Assembly: GCA_965645245.1 (NCBI GenBank)
Contig: OZ287084.1
Coordinates: 434,001-498,000 of the forward strand
Direction: 5' to 3'
Length of the DNA: 64,000 nucleotides
Source of the DNA: Massalongia carnosa
Lineage: Eukaryota
The notes under the pieces were generated by a model. That model did no database searches. It saw only the letters and a program-made list of their open reading frames with translations, and was not told the DNA's origin. The translations under genes and the position numbers were made by a program. Shown in pieces: positions 62,942 through 64,000 of the stretch (position 1 is the first letter of the stretch; each line of letters opens with the position of its first letter).

Positions 62942-63755
62942 TTAAACATAAGCTTGGGTGAGAGCAAGTGGCTCCACGAGCTCGGTGATGGTGGTGATTG
63001 CAGGTTGTTGCGTCGCGATAACAGTGACAGTCATCCCTGGTGGCTGCGCTGTATACACATCTAAGGTCATTGTGGTGGTTCTGGTCGATGTTAGTGTGCT
63101 ATGGAGGGTTGTTGTCGGCTGCCGCAATGAGACTGGCAAAGGCAGAAAGTGCGTTTGATTCCGGAGAGGCTGAAGAGCTTGCTGCGTTGTTTGATTCTTT
63201 GCTGTTTGCTGCTATGTCAGAAAAGATAGCTCTACCTCAAGAAGAGAGAGTTCATTTGCCTACCATGGATACAGTATTGTACGCTAAGCTCTAGATTCCT
63301 GCAATCCGAGTTGATAGATGGGTTCAGGCTCCGGAACTCGTTGAGGGTAATTGGTCCTTGAGACAGCGCCTCTTCGCAAGCTTTTTCATGTTTCTGGTTG
63401 ATCCAGTAGATCTTCTGGCAGTTCGGGATTTTTATTTCGGAGGAGTTGGTGCTTGTATCTGAGAAACCATCAAGGTGGTTGGGGCTGAGATGAAGAGTAT
63501 CGCAAGCTCGCTGATCCAAGTACAAGAGCGAGAGCATTTGCTCGAAGATCTAAAACCAACGGCAATGGCCAGAGATGGCCTGGAAAAGCAAAAAGAACTC
63601 GCTGCAATGGAGATAATCTAAAACTACATCAGGAGAGACTTACGTCCTTGGAGTGGGCCAGTCACGGCGGCAGCAATGGCACCTGGAAGCGCAATGGCAC
63701 CTGGAAGCGCAATGGCAATAGAGCCGAGCACGGTGAGGATAACGGACAACTTCAT
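62942..63755 (-). CDS. Secreted LysM-domain protein with Thr-rich tail
   Basis: Signal exon 63755-63644 (MKLSVILTVLGSIAIALP), LysM exon 63458-63264 (IPNCQKIY..ITLNEFRSLNPSINSDCRNLELSVQYCI), Thr-rich exon ~63202-62942. Acceptors were chosen by frame compatibility. Confidence 0.75.
63673..63716. repeat. 18-bp tandem duplication in the LysM signal region
   Basis: GCAATGGCACCTGGAAGC twice plus a partial copy, encoding AIALPG-AIALPG. Confidence 0.85.
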
Positions 63756-64000
63756 CGTTGCGGAATTGAATGGATATATCTGAAAGTTGTTATCCCCAAA
63801 TTAGCATGTCTCTAAAAAATTCTGCATGACGCTCAAGAAAAGTTTGCCCAGATGCCTTTTTGGAGGGTACGAGCTCGGTCTGACAAGACGAGACAAGAAA
63901 AGGGTCTGTGAGAGCAGTATGGTGATATGCTAACTGAAGTCTAGGCTAGTGACATACGAAGCAGCAGCAGCTTAACGAGGAGAAGACTGTATGAGATGAG

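Overview
Genomic DNA of a filamentous ascomycete (Pezizomycotina; short GT-AG introns with CTRAY branch points). About 1-16 kb is gene-poor and decayed: an LTR-like element, an F-box/LRR-like remnant and unassignable ORF fragments. From 16 kb there are intact spliced genes: GPI-type cupredoxin, GRASP/GRH1, PC4/SUB1, a PXA-PX-Nexin_C sorting nexin, a RING/ankyrin-like protein, a hotdog thioesterase, DDHD phospholipase, an SDR, fimbrin, a cytochrome P450, a coiled-coil protein, RPL30, RPL10 and a secreted LysM protein. They are interleaved with pseudogenes (two kinases, a sugar transporter, an HhH-like protein) and a near-intact Tc1-like DD37E transposon. The most striking feature is almost invisible in the ORF track. 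At 62.0-62.65 kb (minus strand), a 62-nt exon, four 63-nt exons and a terminal exon are separated by 51-56-nt introns, and splicing them gives five 21-aa repeats (consensus DVDSTSxHEWVQDEGVPLKxR). This is the layout of a Kex2-processed repeat-peptide (KEP/RiPP-like) precursor with one repeat length per exon, lying just downstream of the LysM gene. Other notable observations: the transposon has CAC...GTG ends and an apparent 5-bp CCATG duplication instead of TA; a ~500-bp inverted repeat pair brackets 16 kb; RPL30 intron 3 has a k-turn-like structure; and the cupredoxin has a stellacyanin-type Gln ligand. All gene models and family calls were made by eye, without database searches.
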